From: Deltaproteobacteria bacterium
GTDB taxonomy: Bacteria > Myxococcota > JACRCW01
Assembly: GCA_016218805.1 (NCBI GenBank)
Contig: JACRCW010000170.1
Coordinates: 1 to 35,921 of the forward strand
Reading direction: 5' to 3'
Length of the DNA stretch: 35,921 bases
Shown piece by piece: positions 33,837 to 35,921 of this stretch (position 1 is the first letter of the stretch; the number at the start of each line of letters is the position of its first letter). Both the position numbers and the translations under genes were made by a program. The notes beneath the pieces are model-generated. The model made no database searches. It worked only from the letters and a program-made list of their open reading frames with translations, and was not told where the DNA came from.

Positions 33837-34757
33837 TCACTGGGGAACCACCGTGAGCAGCTGCAGGGATTCGTCCACGAGGAGGTTCATGGCGCGGTTC
33901 ATGTCACCGTCATGGCTCCGGTACCGCCGACGGGCGAGTTCCGCCGCGCCGATCCACTCCACGTGCACGTGCGGGTTCCCGTTGCGCCAGGCTCCCAGCG
34001 CGCCACCCACGACGACGACGCGGCCCGTGTCCGCATCAAACACCCGCACCTCCGCGCGGAACGGGTCGCCCGCCTTGCGCGCGGGGTCCGCGCGCTGGTC
34101 CACCAGGGCCACGCGGCTGCCGCGCACCGCGTCCAGCCCAATGGGTATCAGCCCATCCAGCGCGTCCGGCAGCGGCACTTCCACGACGTCACGGCCCGGC
34201 TCCACCGTGATGACGGAGCGGTGGCTCCCGGAGCGCACCACCAGCGCGCAAAAGCCCGCGCCGTGCCGTGTGGCGGCCTGCACCAGCGGGCGTTCGCCGG
34301 GGCCCGTGCACCACAGGCGAACCACGGACCGGTAGTCCGGCGCCAGGCCCGCCACGCACGTCTGGCCGCCGTCCCGGTCCACCACCAGAAGCGCGCCCGG
34401 TGAGCGCTCCGGGAACACCGCGTGCAGCGGCAGCTGCATTGCGTCTCCCACGGGGTCCAGCGTGCGGCGCACGGGGTCCCAGCGGAACAGGCTGCGGTTC
34501 CAGTAGGAGAACAGCTGGCTTCCGTCTGGCAGCGGGCGGTTCCGCAGGGACCCGCCGTCCAGCGTGACGCCGGTGCGCACCCCGTCCACGACGAGCGTGC
34601 CCCGGACGGTGTTGCGGTTGGACACCGGCTCACTGGTGCCCGCCGCGGTTTCCACAGACAAGCGCAGCGACGTGTCATCACGCTCCCACGGCGGGGCAAG
34701 CCGGAAATCAGGCGCGGGGGCGGCGGCGAGGGCGAGCAGCAGCGGGGCAAGGTGCAC
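33837..34757 (-). CDS. Secreted beta-rich hypothetical protein
   Basis: Signal-like VHLAPLLLALAAAPA at GTG 34757. The upstream part of the 432-aa ORF is antisense to the PKS and intergenic DNA. Confidence 0.55.
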   Translation of the reverse strand: MHLAPLLLALAAAPAPDFRLAPPWERDDTSLRLSVETAAGTSEPVSNRNTVRGTLVVDGVRTGVTLDGGSLRNRPLPDGSQLFSYWNRSLFRWDPVRRTLDPVGDAMQLPLHAVFPERSPGALLVVDRDGGQTCVAGLAPDYRSVVRLWCTGPGERPLVQAATRHGAGFCALVVRSGSHRSVITVEPGRDVVEVPLPDALDGLIPIGLDAVRGSRVALVDQRADPARKAGDPFRAEVRVFDADTGRVVVVGGALGAWRNGNPHVHVEWIGAAELARRRYRSHDGDMNRAMNLLVDESLQLLTVVPQ

Positions 34758-35007
34758 GGCAGGCTCCAGGTGGTTGCGTGCCGGCTCCAACGGCCCATGC
34801 GCGCGTCCGGTCTGCCAGTCCGCCGCGAGCGCGGACGGCGTGAAAACCGGCTTCCCGGGAGGGGTCCCGTGCGGTAGGGTCCGCGCCCCCCATGGGCCGG
34901 CCACGTGTTCCCGGTGTCGTTGTCGTCGTGCGCGGCGGTGTTGCCGCGGGCGGCGCACACCCCGGATTGGCCGGCCCCACCCTGCACAGCCACGGAGCAA
35001 GCCAGTC

Positions 35008-35921
35008 ATGAGCAACACCCACGCGCGGCACGAACCCATCGCCGTCATCGGCGTCAGCGCCCTGTTTCCCGGATCGCTGGACGCCACCGGCTTCTGGCGG
35101 GACATCCTGCGCGGCACGGACCTCATGCAGGACATCCCGCCGAGCCATTGGCTGCTCGACGACTACTACAGCGCAGATCCCCGGGCCCCCGACCGCACGT
35201 ACGCGCGGCGTGGCGCGTTCCTCAAGGACGTCCCGTTTGACCCGGTGGAGTGGGGCATCCCCCCGTCCGTGGTCCCGGCCACGGACACCTGCCAGCTGCT
35301 GGCGCTGGTGGTGGCGCAGCGGGTGCTGGAGGACGCATGCCGCGGCAACCCGGACCGCATCCCGCGGGACCGCACCAGCGTGATTCTCGGCGTCACCGGC
35401 GCGCAGGAGCTGATGGGCGCCATGGTGGGGCGCCTGCAGCGTCCCATCTGGCGCAAGGCGCTGCTGGAGATGGGGCTGCCGGAGACGCAGGTGGAGGACG
35501 CGTGCAAGCGCATGGCCTCGCACTACGTGGGCTGGCAGGAGAACACGTTCCCCGGCCTGCTGGGCAACGTGGTGGCCGGGCGCATTGCCAACCGCCTGGA
35601 CCTGGGCGGGACCAACTGCATCACGGATGCGGCCTGCGCCAGCACGTTCTCCGCGGTGTCCATGGCGGTCAATGAACTGCGCCTGGGTGACTCCGACGTG
35701 GTCATCACCGGCGGCGCGGACACGATGAACGACGTGTTCATGTTCATGTGCTTTTCCAAGACGCCCGCGCTGTCACTCACCGGTGACTGCCGTCCATTTG
35801 CCGCCGACGCCGACGGCACCATGCTGGGCGAGGGCCTGGGCATGGTGGCGCTCAAGCGCCTGGCGGACGCCGAACGCGACGGCGACCACGTCTACGCGGT
35901 GATCAAGGGCGTGGGCACGTC
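35008..35921 (+). CDS. Type I PKS ketosynthase of the PfaA/Pfa2 (PUFA-synthase) clade, 3'-partial and absent from the ORF track
   Basis: Manual translation gives MSNTHARHEPIAVIGVSALFPGS...DYYSADPRAPDRTYARRGAFL...TDTCQLLAL...WQENTFPGLLGNVVAGRIANRLDLGGTNCITDAACAS...FMCFSKTPALS...GTMLGEG. RBS GGAG at about 34994. Confidence 0.92.
   Translation, partial: MSNTHARHEPIAVIGVSALFPGSLDATGFWRDILRGTDLMQDIPPSHWLLDDYYSADPRAPDRTYARRGAFLKDVPFDPVEWGIPPSVVPATDTCQLLALVVAQRVLEDACRGNPDRIPRDRTSVILGVTGAQELMGAMVGRLQRPIWRKALLEMGLPETQVEDACKRMASHYVGWQENTFPGLLGNVVAGRIANRLDLGGTNCITDAACASTFSAVSMAVNELRLGDSDVVITGGADTMNDVFMFMCFSKTPALSLTGDCRPFAADADGTMLGEGLGMVALKRLADAERDGDHVYAVIKGVGT

Overview
High-GC bacterial chromosomal segment, most consistent with Myxococcota or a related delta-proteobacterium (Cys-rich lipoproteins, FHA and GAF signalling proteins, TonB-fused receptor, PfaA-like PKS). 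Core genes are a CNNM/CorC transporter, tyrS, panC and a PpiD-like foldase. Five features stand out. (1) A lower-GC insert after panC carries an ABC-type ATPase and HNH nuclease (Septu PtuA/PtuB-like), a third all-helical gene and a non-coding ~21-bp tandem array. (2) Divergent from it lies a non-canonical tubulin/FtsZ-superfamily GTPase fused through a Pro-rich linker to a HEAT-like domain, outside any dcw context. (3) An orphan secreted peptide has three GGEKSC repeats resembling MNIO-modified RiPP precursors. (4) A four-gene iron-uptake operon preceded by a Fur box encodes a FecA-like receptor, two degenerate P19/Tp34-like proteins and a GT-C-like membrane protein. (5) TCGA is strongly depleted in core genes but not in the two accessory blocks. 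No rRNA, tRNA, CRISPR, transposase, integrase or reverse transcriptase was recognised. All family calls come from motif recognition by eye; no searches were run.
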